From assembly GCA_045808065.1 (NCBI GenBank), contig JBJMGD010000011.1:128577-192576 (forward strand): DNA of 64,000 nucleotides. Reading direction: 5' to 3'. The notes below the pieces were generated by a model. The model was given only the letters and a program-made list of their open reading frames with translations. It was not told the DNA's origin and did not search any database. Within the stretch, counting starts at the first letter, position 1. Every line of letters starts with the position of its first letter. Of this stretch, positions 45,114-54,250 are shown piece by piece. The translations under genes were made by a program, and so were the position numbers. Source of the stretch: Terriglobales bacterium. GTDB lineage: Bacteria; Acidobacteriota; Terriglobia; Terriglobales; Acidobacteriaceae.

Positions 45114-47327
45114 TCATTTTCTGAATGCAACGTTGATCAGCAATTTCTCGCCGGAGACATCTACTACATTACAGAATGACCTTTGGCCCTGCCGGGAAAA
45201 ATCCAACGCCACGCGGCTATTTCCGATACGCAGATTGCGAATGCGCAGGAAATCGAGCCAATCAGGAAGTACCGGATTGACGATGTTCAATTCCTTGCGC
45301 GCTGCCGATGGACGAATCCCGAGCACAGAAGTAAGTAACAGAAAAAATGCTCCCGACGCCCACGCCTGCGGCGAACACGACACTGGATAATGCACTGGTT
45401 CATCGTATTCATTGCGCTGTACTCCACAGAAAAGTTCTGGCAGTCGATAATCCCGGAAATTCAGTGCAGCGTGATAGAGCGAACTGAATATTGTTTGCAC
45501 TTCATCGCGGAAACCGTACAGTGCCATTCCGTGAGCAACCAGTGAATTATCGTGCGGCCACACCGACCCGCGATGATAGCTAAGGGGATTGAACACTTTC
45601 TCGGACGCCGCCAAAGTTCGCCATCCCCAACCTGATTCCATGTCGTCACGCATGAAGCGCTGCACGACCATACGTGCACGCTCCCGGCTAATGGCACGCG
45701 TAAAGAGGAGATGTCCAGGGTTGGAGGAGATGACTTCCAGTGGACGCTTCTGATTGTCCAGACCCATCGCGTAGAAGGATTCGGCCGGAAGCCAGAAGCT
45801 TTTCTCTATCTTCTTTGCCAACTCCGCCGACGATTTCCGCAATCGATCGGCATGATCGGTATCGCCGACGTGGCGCAGCAGCTGGGCCATGCGATATTGC
45901 GCTTCGTAGCAATAACCCTGAACTTCCACCAGCGCAATCGGCGGATTGGCGACGCTTCCATCGCGATGCATATTGGCGTCCCAGGAATCTTTCCATCCTT
46001 GATTTGTCAACCCCTTGGGCGAGCGCCGTTTGTACTCGATGAAACCGTCGCCGTCGAGGTCCCCGTACCGTTCGATCCACTGGAGTGCCGCGCGGGCAGC
46101 GGGCAAGAGATCTCGCACCAACTGCTCGTCGGCCGTCCAATTGAAAGCTTCACTTAGGAGGATCAAGAACAGTGGAGTAGCATCCACCGATCCGTAGTAG
46201 GGACCGAACGGCATCTCGCCCGCGCGCGTCATCTCGCCGGTTCGGTACTCGTGAGGGATTTTCCCAGGCTCCTCGTCGAGCCAATCGTTGAACTGCTTGC
46301 CTTGATAGCGTGCAAGAACGCGTAGTGTCTCCCCGGCCAGCCGTGGGTTCAGAAGCAGCGACTGATAGGCGGCGATCAACGAGTCGCGTCCGAACATGGT
46401 GGCGAACCATGGAATACCTGCAGCGACGATGTGCTGATCTCCGTTCGGAATCTGGAGCGCATGAAAGTCCGCTATGCAGGTGCGAAGTGCCTGGTCAAAG
46501 ATGTCGTTACTGCTCTCGAAGGTGGTGGAATCCTGCTCCCATCGGTGATACGCCTCGCGCCGCTCACGGAAACCTTGCACCACGGTCCTGCTCGTTGGTC
46601 TCGGTGGCTCGTCGCCCACGCGACAGCTGATGGTGTTCAGAATTTCGCGAAAACCGGAAGCAGGAACTTTCAGATTCCACCGGGCAATGTTCTTTTCAAT
46701 TGCATCCGGCGGTGTCTGGAATCGAATCACCGTCTCACGAGTGATGCTGTCGAGTCCAAGATAAAAGAAGACAAGGGAATCACCGCGAATCAACGGCTTG
46801 TAGTAGCGGCCGCACTTTTGCCGCGCACAGCCACGCACTTGGAACACATCGACGAAGTCGGCCTCCAGCGCGATCTCAATCATCAGGTCTGCGTCGGATT
46901 GGTTGAAGTTAGAAAAAATGATGGAGTCATACAGCAACCCTGAAGCCAACAATTGCTGGCGACGGATGTGTATCGTGTTCTCGGGAAGATCAAAGGAGTT
47001 GATTTGGGATAAGGAGCCAGTGGTCAGCTCAATCTTTGAAGCGAAGCTTTTCTCTTCGCTCGATGAGAGGACGACCGTGCGGTTTCCTCCCACTCTCAAC
47101 TCCATCTTGCTAAGAAAGCGGGTATCGTCATGAAAAAAGCCGACGTCGGGAGCGCCGGGCGGAGTAATGTCCCCCGAGACTGTGGTCGAAAGAAATGTTT
47201 TGCCGTCGATTAGAGTGAGATTGTTGACCTTGCGAGGCTCGTGAACCAGGAAGCCAAGCTGCGGCTCAGGATATGGACAGCCGACCTCTTCGAGTTCGTC
47301 CGCCGGAATGCGGACCAGCGTGCTCAC
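45114..47327 (-). CDS. Amylo-alpha-1,6-glucosidase / glycogen-debranching-enzyme-like protein (GDE N-terminal domain plus an (alpha/alpha)6 catalytic domain)
   Basis: 737 aa. It has GIPWFATMFGRDSLI, GKIPHE, LTNQGWKDSWD and YHRGSVWPHDN, typical of the bacterial/archaeal GDE_C family. Confidence 0.8.
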   Translation of the reverse strand: MSTLVRIPADELEEVGCPYPEPQLGFLVHEPRKVNNLTLIDGKTFLSTTVSGDITPPGAPDVGFFHDDTRFLSKMELRVGGNRTVVLSSSEEKSFASKIELTTGSLSQINSFDLPENTIHIRRQQLLASGLLYDSIIFSNFNQSDADLMIEIALEADFVDVFQVRGCARQKCGRYYKPLIRGDSLVFFYLGLDSITRETVIRFQTPPDAIEKNIARWNLKVPASGFREILNTISCRVGDEPPRPTSRTVVQGFRERREAYHRWEQDSTTFESSNDIFDQALRTCIADFHALQIPNGDQHIVAAGIPWFATMFGRDSLIAAYQSLLLNPRLAGETLRVLARYQGKQFNDWLDEEPGKIPHEYRTGEMTRAGEMPFGPYYGSVDATPLFLILLSEAFNWTADEQLVRDLLPAARAALQWIERYGDLDGDGFIEYKRRSPKGLTNQGWKDSWDANMHRDGSVANPPIALVEVQGYCYEAQYRMAQLLRHVGDTDHADRLRKSSAELAKKIEKSFWLPAESFYAMGLDNQKRPLEVISSNPGHLLFTRAISRERARMVVQRFMRDDMESGWGWRTLAASEKVFNPLSYHRGSVWPHDNSLVAHGMALYGFRDEVQTIFSSLYHAALNFRDYRLPELFCGVQRNEYDEPVHYPVSCSPQAWASGAFFLLLTSVLGIRPSAARKELNIVNPVLPDWLDFLRIRNLRIGNSRVALDFSRQGQRSFCNVVDVSGEKLLINVAFRK

Positions 47328-48406
47328 GCCGCGGCCCCCGGTTCAGCCATCAGCGGCATCGTTTCCACGGAACCAAGCTTCACGCTCTGCCGATCAAAGT
47401 AAATGGACTCGTACAGGCTCAAATACTTGGCAACCATGACGCCGACGGAAAAGTTCTCCCTGGCGTACTCATGGATGACCTCTGATGAAATTGAAAGATT
47501 GCAAATACGCTCTGTCATCTCCTCGACATTTTCGCAAACGTAACCAGAGACTCCGTCGACCACTACTTCGCTTACCGATCCTCCCCGCAACGCGATCACT
47601 GGCGTGCCGCATGCCATGGCCTCGATCATCACCAATCCGAACGGCTCATTCCATTGAATGGGAAAGAGCATCGCCATCGAATTCCCCAACAGCTCATTTT
47701 TTGCCTGAAGGTCGGCTTCCCCGACGTATTCGATAAAGCGGCCATCGATGTGGGGCTTGACCTCAGCTTCAAAGTAGCTCTTAAACATCGGCTGCACTTC
47801 GCCCGCGATCTTGAGCGGAATCCCAGTTTTCTTTGCCACGGCGATCGCCAGATGGGGACCCTTCACCGGCGCCAAGCGTCCGATGAAACTGAGATATTGC
47901 TGCTTGTGTTTCTGAAATGGATAATCCCCGATCTTTATTCCGTGATGGATCGTCTGCCGCCGCGGCATGGCTTCAAGAGAGCGTTGGAAATCGCTGATGG
48001 TGACGTAATTCACGTCCGGATAGTAGGCATAGAAGGCGCTGAGGCTGTCTTCATGGGGATGGTGAACCGTGTAGACGAACGGGAGATCCAACAATCGGGA
48101 GATCGCTAGTCCGGGAGCGTTGTTCAGATGCAGAATGTCACAATCTGGTGCGGCGTCAGCAATCGCCCAGGCGGTGTGATTCATGTCCTTCAAGCTGCCA
48201 AAGATGTCGCCGTGTAAGGGCCAATCTGAGTTCGGGTACAGGGATCTCACTTCCACGTCCACGGTCGAATCGCCATTAGCGTAGACCACCACGTCAACGC
48301 CGCGTTGCTTCAGCCCCTCGGCAAGATGGCCTATGAACAGCTCGGTTCCTCCGTACATCCTGGGCGGCACAGCGATGAAAGGCGAGGCGATCAGGGCAAT
48401 TCTCAT
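47324..48406 (-). CDS. GT4-family (GT-B) glycosyltransferase
   Basis: 360 aa. It has MRIALIASPFIAVPPRMYGGTE and C-terminal EPFGLVMIEAMACGTPVIALRGGSVSEVV. It overlaps the GDE-like gene by 4 nt. Confidence 0.9.
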   Translation of the reverse strand: MRIALIASPFIAVPPRMYGGTELFIGHLAEGLKQRGVDVVVYANGDSTVDVEVRSLYPNSDWPLHGDIFGSLKDMNHTAWAIADAAPDCDILHLNNAPGLAISRLLDLPFVYTVHHPHEDSLSAFYAYYPDVNYVTISDFQRSLEAMPRRQTIHHGIKIGDYPFQKHKQQYLSFIGRLAPVKGPHLAIAVAKKTGIPLKIAGEVQPMFKSYFEAEVKPHIDGRFIEYVGEADLQAKNELLGNSMAMLFPIQWNEPFGLVMIEAMACGTPVIALRGGSVSEVVVDGVSGYVCENVEEMTERICNLSISSEVIHEYARENFSVGVMVAKYLSLYESIYFDRQSVKLGSVETMPLMAEPGAAA

Positions 48407-48566
48407 TTGTCTCCTTAAATCAAGAGGTTGCGGGACTTAGCGGAGGTATCTGCCAGGATCGTGCACTTCGAACATTGATAAGATGCGGAACCTTGAGGCA
48501 GACGTTGGCGCGTGGGCCAGGGAATGGTTGGTGCAGCAACTTCGTTGCGGTTGATTATCAAGGGCT

Positions 48567-49667
48567 CTAGCTCACCAGGGCGCCGGTCGAGACACTCTGC
48601 CGCTGCTTTGAACGCTCAATCGCATTCTCAAACTGTATCGCGCGGACCTCACTGGTGTGTTCGGCGAGGACACGCTCTTGAGCTGCATCACCGATTTCTC
48701 GCAATTCAGAATCCGAGAGTGAAAGATAACTCAGTACATCGTCCGCATCGACGGGCAGCAGTATCTCCCGTCCGGGAACGAAGAAGGAGTCGAGCCCGGG
48801 CCAATTATCGGAGAGGATGGCCGCGCCGCATGCAGCGGCCTCAAACAATCGCACTGAAGGCGAATAGCCCGCGATAACCATCTCGCGGCGCGTGACATTC
48901 AGGTTAAGGCGCGACGAGGAGTAAAAACGCGCGTGCCAACGTGGATTTAAATGGACAATGCGCCGAATGTTCTTCGCCCAACGAATTTGTTTTGGATATT
49001 GCGGTCCAGCAACGATGAAATGTTTGTCTGGCGATCGCATCGCCGGACGCACCAGCAACTCTTCGAGCTTTGCCTGGCGGTCAGGGGCATAGGTTCCCAT
49101 GTAGCTCAGATCGCACGCGAAACGTTTGTTCGTGCCGAAGCGGCGATACTGGCGGGGATCAAATGAGCAATAAAGCGGAACCGCTGATCGTGCTGCAAAA
49201 AGCTGTTCGATCTCCCCCAGCATCGGACCGCCAGTGAAGCTGAAATACACATCGAAACCCGCAACCTGCCCAGCTTCCAAATAGTCTGTTTTGCCGCGAT
49301 CGCGAAGGCTCGCCACCGTAATGGGAGTATCGATGTCGTAGAACGCTTTCGCAGCGGCGCGACTGTCAAAGAGTTCATCGATCGCAGCAATGCCGTCTGG
49401 AAAGTAAGACCCAACCAATCCCACATCAGCACTCACGAGCTCTCTCCGCACTTCGGTCACGATGCTTGACCAGCTGTCGTAAAGTCTCAGACGACAGAAC
49501 GATGGTTCTGGCAGATCGCGATTGGATGCGTACCACTCGAGGTCTCTCTCGTAGAACACAATGTCGTGCCCGCGACGATGGAGCGCTTCCAGCAGCGCGC
49601 GGAATGTGGTCGCGTGCCCATTCCCCCAAGCCGACGTGATGGAGAGGCCAAAGACAACGATCTTCAT
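48567..49667 (-). CDS. CgeB-like GT-B glycosyltransferase, paralog A
   Basis: The start was set at ATG 49667 (MKIVVFGLSITSAWGNGHATTFRALLEAL). The C-terminus has SPSVRLFEAAACGAAILSD. The layout matches paralogs B and C. Confidence 0.75.
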   Translation of the reverse strand: MKIVVFGLSITSAWGNGHATTFRALLEALHRRGHDIVFYERDLEWYASNRDLPEPSFCRLRLYDSWSSIVTEVRRELVSADVGLVGSYFPDGIAAIDELFDSRAAAKAFYDIDTPITVASLRDRGKTDYLEAGQVAGFDVYFSFTGGPMLGEIEQLFAARSAVPLYCSFDPRQYRRFGTNKRFACDLSYMGTYAPDRQAKLEELLVRPAMRSPDKHFIVAGPQYPKQIRWAKNIRRIVHLNPRWHARFYSSSRLNLNVTRREMVIAGYSPSVRLFEAAACGAAILSDNWPGLDSFFVPGREILLPVDADDVLSYLSLSDSELREIGDAAQERVLAEHTSEVRAIQFENAIERSKQRQSVSTGALVS

Positions 49668-49675
49668 GGTTTTGT

Positions 49676-50758
49676 CTAGGCTACCGCACAAGGACGCACG
49701 GCTTGTTCCAGCAACATTGAAACCTCAACGGCTCGTTGCGAATAGGTGTGATCTCGCAATGCGCGTCGGTGCATTGCGAGTCCAATTCCTTCTGCTTCTT
49801 CGCGAGCGGTAGTGCGTAACAAATGAACAATCTCCTCCGCGGAGCTCGCTACCAGAATTTCTTCTTCCGGCTCAAAGAATGTTCCGATTCCAGCCCATGC
49901 GTCGGTGATCAAGCACGCGCCAGCTCCGGCCGCCTCAAAGACTCTGGTCGGAGGAGAGAAACCCACATTGGCCATCGAGTCGCGATTTAAATTCAGCACC
50001 ATGCGAGCAGAGCAGTTGACCCGATTGTGGTCCCCAGTTCCAACGTGACCGATCCAGCGAATATTTGTCGGAAGAGTCTTGTTGCCCCAACCCTCTCCGC
50101 CAAGAATGAAGCGCAGGTCGGAAGCCAGTTCGGCAGCTTTTACGAAGAAGGCTTCCACGCGGCGTTCACGATCCGGCAGGCGATTTGCAACCAGCAGGAG
50201 ATCGCAATCGAACGCCGAGTCTTTCGAAACTGGATAATGGGTTGCCGGCTCGAGAGCGTTGTAAATCGGGTGGCAATTACGTGCTCCCAGACGCAAATAG
50301 TGGTCGACGACGGGCGGACCACCGCCATAGGTAAACACGAAATCGTACTCGGGGATCAGTTTGCGAAATTCGTCTGAGGAATTATGTTCAACCCGGGCTA
50401 GAGTTGCCGGCGCATCCACATCCCAGAATGCGCGGAGGGCGTCAGTTTTGATGCCGCGCGCCACAGCACGCTCAAGTTCAACGTCGTCAGCACCTACACC
50501 GCTGTGTTTGATGATGAGCTCAGCTCCAGCTGCCCTTGCCAACATTTCCGGCAAATCGGTCGGAGTCGTATAGATGAGACTCTCGACGTAGCTGTAATCG
50601 CCCGCATCACGCTTTTGCTGCCTTCCGTAAATGTCGGGCTCAGCAAAGATAATGCGATGGCCGAGTAGAGCAAGATTGCGATAAATCCCGCGGTAATATG
50701 TCGCCGCTCCGTTCCAGTAGGAAGAGGTAATGCTGGAACCGAAGACGAAAATCTTCAT
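49676..50758 (-). CDS. CgeB-like GT-B glycosyltransferase, paralog B
   Basis: 360 aa. It has MKIFVFGSSITSSYWNGAATYYRGIYRNL and SPPTRVFEAAGAGACLITD. Confidence 0.75.
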   Translation of the reverse strand: MKIFVFGSSITSSYWNGAATYYRGIYRNLALLGHRIIFAEPDIYGRQQKRDAGDYSYVESLIYTTPTDLPEMLARAAGAELIIKHSGVGADDVELERAVARGIKTDALRAFWDVDAPATLARVEHNSSDEFRKLIPEYDFVFTYGGGPPVVDHYLRLGARNCHPIYNALEPATHYPVSKDSAFDCDLLLVANRLPDRERRVEAFFVKAAELASDLRFILGGEGWGNKTLPTNIRWIGHVGTGDHNRVNCSARMVLNLNRDSMANVGFSPPTRVFEAAGAGACLITDAWAGIGTFFEPEEEILVASSAEEIVHLLRTTAREEAEGIGLAMHRRALRDHTYSQRAVEVSMLLEQAVRPCAVA

Positions 50759-51873
50759 GGCGACATTTCCTCATAGATCCCGACCAACTGTTCCGCCCGA
50801 TGCATGCAGGTGTGACGCTTGCGAACGGTTTCGCGCCCACTCTCGCCGAGCTGACTCCGGGCATTATCGTCTTTGAGCAGATACTCGATTTCCGTGCGCA
50901 TGCTGTTGCCGTCCGGAACGCAAAGATAATCCTGCCCGGGACGGAATAGTTCCTCAGCATCATTCCACGGCGCACATAGTAATGGAGCTCCACAAGCGAG
51001 AGCTTCGAATACCCGAATTGTCGGAATGCCGCTCAAGCCATTTGCATACTGCCGCCGCGGTACATGCAGCGACAAAGCGCTGTCACTGTAGGCTCGAGGA
51101 GCCTTGAGGTTCGGCAAGTAGCCGCGATATTCGATGCCGGCCTGCTGCAATGTTTCCAGAGCCGGCCCTGGATACCGGACGCCGTATGCAATCACTTTCC
51201 GCCCCGGCAAGTTGGCGGCTGGGCGCACCAGGAACTCCATTAACTCTTGCGTTCGTTCTTCGTCACCCCAATTGCCGATCCAGAGTACGTCTGCATCGCG
51301 CCTTGCTCTATGAGGCGCGAACACCTCGGTATCGGCGGCTTCGTGAAATGTCCATACCCGCGGCACGCCGAAGCCGTCCGCGTAAATTCGGCGAATTGCT
51401 TCACCGAATGCGAGGATGCCATCGACTTTATGCAAATGGAATCGAAGAATCTCGCCGGGAGAGGTGTAAGCGCGGTGGTGGGTGTCATGGAAGAGTGCGC
51501 GGAATCCGTACTTTTCCCTCAGCTCCAGGACTTTGTTCACTAGCCATGGCTCGTTCCATTCGTGAATGAGTACGAGGTCGACGTCCTTCAATTCCTCGTC
51601 GAGAAACGGATCGAGGGTGCTGTCGTTTTGATAAAAATGGATATCGAGTTCGGGATAGGTTCGGCGAAAATCATCTACGGCTTCAATGGCAGTTTCGCCC
51701 TCGTGCCTCATCAAATTGCTAAGCGACCAGGCGCCTAACTCTTCGTAGGAGCGAACATCATGTCCGAGGCGGATCAGGGCGCGAGACAATCCGCGCAGAA
51801 AATGCGCGTTGCCATGATTCCAATCGGAGACCAGTGAGTGCGCGAATATTCGAATTCGCAATTTGCCGTTCAC
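50755..51873 (-). CDS. CgeB-like GT-B glycosyltransferase, paralog C (more divergent)
   Basis: 372 aa. It has IRIFAHSLVSDWNHGNAHFLRGLSRAL and IPTIRVFEALACGAPLLCAPW. It overlaps its neighbours by 4 nt on both sides. Confidence 0.7.
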   Translation of the reverse strand: MNGKLRIRIFAHSLVSDWNHGNAHFLRGLSRALIRLGHDVRSYEELGAWSLSNLMRHEGETAIEAVDDFRRTYPELDIHFYQNDSTLDPFLDEELKDVDLVLIHEWNEPWLVNKVLELREKYGFRALFHDTHHRAYTSPGEILRFHLHKVDGILAFGEAIRRIYADGFGVPRVWTFHEAADTEVFAPHRARRDADVLWIGNWGDEERTQELMEFLVRPAANLPGRKVIAYGVRYPGPALETLQQAGIEYRGYLPNLKAPRAYSDSALSLHVPRRQYANGLSGIPTIRVFEALACGAPLLCAPWNDAEELFRPGQDYLCVPDGNSMRTEIEYLLKDDNARSQLGESGRETVRKRHTCMHRAEQLVGIYEEMSP

Positions 51874-52973
51874 GCGGCTGCAACCTCCGCAGAAACAAGT
51901 GTGCGGTAGTGCCCGAGGTACTCCTCGGCCATCTTGTCAGAATTGAAGTTGCGCGCGCGCTCCAGGGCGCGGCCGCCGTATTCCGATCTCCGCGCTGGGT
52001 TAGATGCAAGTTCCTGAATTGTGAGTACCAGGCTTTGTGGATTGTTGGCCTCGAAATAGATAGCGTCGTCCCCCCAGATCTCCCGAAGGCTTGGTATGTC
52101 GTTGAGGACGAGAGCGCATCGGGAAAGGCCTGCTTCAAGAGGAGCCAATCCAAACGGCTCATACCGGGAGGTCGCGACATAAATGGCGGCTCTGGCAAAC
52201 AGTTGCCGCAACTGTACCTCAGACTGCCGCCCTTTCATCTGCAGCTTCGATAGATGCCCAGAGGACTGCGCCGACGCTACGGCTCCCTCGGGGCTTTGTT
52301 CTGGGCCAATCAAGATCGTTTCAAGTGGCAGATCGTCACGGAGTAGCAGAGTTGGCTGCTTGCCGGCATCCCACAGACGGCCAACCGAAATTGTGTATTC
52401 CTCTTTGGTGAAATGTGGGATGAACAGCTTGGGGTCACGACCGTTGTAGACAACTGCCTTTCGTTTCGGATCGCCATAATGGGCGCAAGCTTGGTCCAAC
52501 ATCCAGCGTGTCGGGGCTATCGCCAGATCAGCGCCTCGCCAGCCTCGAATTACATTTTCCCGATAGGTGCGAATCCATTCAGTATCGGGCGGCTGGGCTC
52601 CATGCACTGAGACCCACCAACTAATAACGTCGCTATGAGCTACAACGATTCGCGGTAAATCCCAATCGAGACCCCCGAAATAGAACTGATTGAAGTGCAA
52701 CAGGTCGGGCTTGGCTTCGGCGATGATCGACTGCAAGAACTCAGTTGATTGCCTAAGGTCCGATTGAGCGTCCTGCATCCACTCCAGGCGGAAGGCAGTG
52801 GGATGGAACAAAACGTCTGGCAGTTCTTCGATCCACTCGGATTGAGCTGCTGAGGGAAGCTCGCCGAAGCTCACCAATGTGATCCTGATGCCCCGGCGCG
52901 AGAGCTGCGTCACGAGTTCGCGGGTGTACGTCCAGACTCCGCCAACTGTGTCCGCAGTCATCAGTATGTGCAT
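51870..52973 (-). CDS. GT4-like GT-B glycosyltransferase
   Basis: 367 aa. It has MHILMTADTVGGVWTYTRELV and C-terminal YEPFGLAPLEAGLSRCALVLNDIPSLRE. Confidence 0.8.
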   Translation of the reverse strand: MHILMTADTVGGVWTYTRELVTQLSRRGIRITLVSFGELPSAAQSEWIEELPDVLFHPTAFRLEWMQDAQSDLRQSTEFLQSIIAEAKPDLLHFNQFYFGGLDWDLPRIVVAHSDVISWWVSVHGAQPPDTEWIRTYRENVIRGWRGADLAIAPTRWMLDQACAHYGDPKRKAVVYNGRDPKLFIPHFTKEEYTISVGRLWDAGKQPTLLLRDDLPLETILIGPEQSPEGAVASAQSSGHLSKLQMKGRQSEVQLRQLFARAAIYVATSRYEPFGLAPLEAGLSRCALVLNDIPSLREIWGDDAIYFEANNPQSLVLTIQELASNPARRSEYGGRALERARNFNSDKMAEEYLGHYRTLVSAEVAAA

Positions 52974-54250
52974 TCAAGGTCCTCGATGGCCGCCGGCTGC
53001 TGCTCCTGGATGTCGCTGAAGCCTTTGTCTTTAAAGAGCGACGTGTAGAAGTGATGCGCCCGCTCCCACGCTGTGTCGTCCGGCAACTCACCAAAAGTTT
53101 GTACATAAAGTGGGCTCCCTGGAAAGGGAAACATTGGAACTGGCTCGCTTACCCAGACACCACGCGCCTTGAGCTCTTGCTGCCAGCGATGGATTTCAAT
53201 TTTATCGTCCTTCTCGGTCAGAATCAGGTTTGCTTGTACCCAGGGAATCCGCTGACGAGCGTAGATCAGCAGCTCGCCAATGCGGCCAGTATCTAGGCGG
53301 CAGTTCTTATTCAGCTCTTCCCTACCGGCTTCGGTGATGGATTCAATGCCGCACTCGATGGAAATGCAGTGAGCGCGCCCAAGCAAATCGAGCGTCTGCT
53401 CATTCCAGAGGTCGATGCGGGTCTGAAATCCGATCTTCACGGCCCGTTCTGCAGTGCCTTCCAACAAACGTAAAACGTTCTTGCCAACCCCGAAAATCTC
53501 GTCAATGAAGTAGATGTAATCGACGCCACGAGCGATCAGGCGATCTATTTCGACCAGCACAGCTTGGACCGAGCGTTCGCGAAACTTATTGCGAAAGAGT
53601 GTCTTGTTGCAAAAGGTGCAAGCCCATGGACAGCCGCGAGCGAACTCAAGTTCGGCTCCCCGCCCTCCGCCGCTGAATACGTGGTGGCGGTGTTCATGCA
53701 GCTCGACGGGGTAGTTATGGAAATCCAGGGCACTGAGCGCCTTCATGTCAGTCACGCCCAATCCGGCGCTGATGTGCTCCCCGCGATCGTCGTGCCAACA
53801 ACAACCCGCGATGTCCTGCCATGGCTTAGAAGCAAGTTGTGGGATCGTCTGGTCGGGTTCGCCGCGCATAGCCACTGTGCATCCGATCTTACGCAACGTA
53901 GCCCCAGGCGTTGCCGAGGGATGAGGACCAATGGCTACACCCGTTCCATGGCTGCGCAAGGCTTGGAACCATTCTCGAGGAACTCGCAGCTCGGGCGGGG
54001 GACAACGCCAAAATAAATACGAAGGGGCGGTCGGAATAACGAGGAAGTCTGGATTGAAATCGCGAATCCTGGGAGCGACATCCGTAGTGCTCAGGTTTTC
54101 CACCTGCGCGTCTATGAGCAGCGCTTCTCCCCCTGATTGCCGTACCTGATCGAAAGCAAACAGCAGCTCCAATGGATAGTGCGGTTCAGTGCAGCCGAAA
54201 TAGGTCGAGCCGAAGAAATTCCAATTCGGATTGACGAGAGCGAACTTCAT
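52961..54250 (-). CDS. B12-binding-domain radical SAM protein (class B rSAM)
   Basis: 429 aa. The N-terminus is a Rossmann-like B12-type domain (LIDAQVENLS...FLVIPTAPSY...VAMRGEPD). It is followed by ARGCPWACTFCNK (CX3CX2C) and a TIM-like rSAM core (YIYFIDEIF, IECGIES). Confidence 0.85.
   Translation of the reverse strand: MKFALVNPNWNFFGSTYFGCTEPHYPLELLFAFDQVRQSGGEALLIDAQVENLSTTDVAPRIRDFNPDFLVIPTAPSYLFWRCPPPELRVPREWFQALRSHGTGVAIGPHPSATPGATLRKIGCTVAMRGEPDQTIPQLASKPWQDIAGCCWHDDRGEHISAGLGVTDMKALSALDFHNYPVELHEHRHHVFSGGGRGAELEFARGCPWACTFCNKTLFRNKFRERSVQAVLVEIDRLIARGVDYIYFIDEIFGVGKNVLRLLEGTAERAVKIGFQTRIDLWNEQTLDLLGRAHCISIECGIESITEAGREELNKNCRLDTGRIGELLIYARQRIPWVQANLILTEKDDKIEIHRWQQELKARGVWVSEPVPMFPFPGSPLYVQTFGELPDDTAWERAHHFYTSLFKDKGFSDIQEQQPAAIEDLECTY

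Noticed and set aside
48439-48455. A sigma-54 promoter-like string TGGCAGATACCTCCGCT (minus strand) in the 160-nt gap before the GT4/GDE pair.
   Set aside because: It again has GG-N11-GC, and the -12 region reads CCGCT rather than TTGCW. It is not convincing without experimental TSS data.
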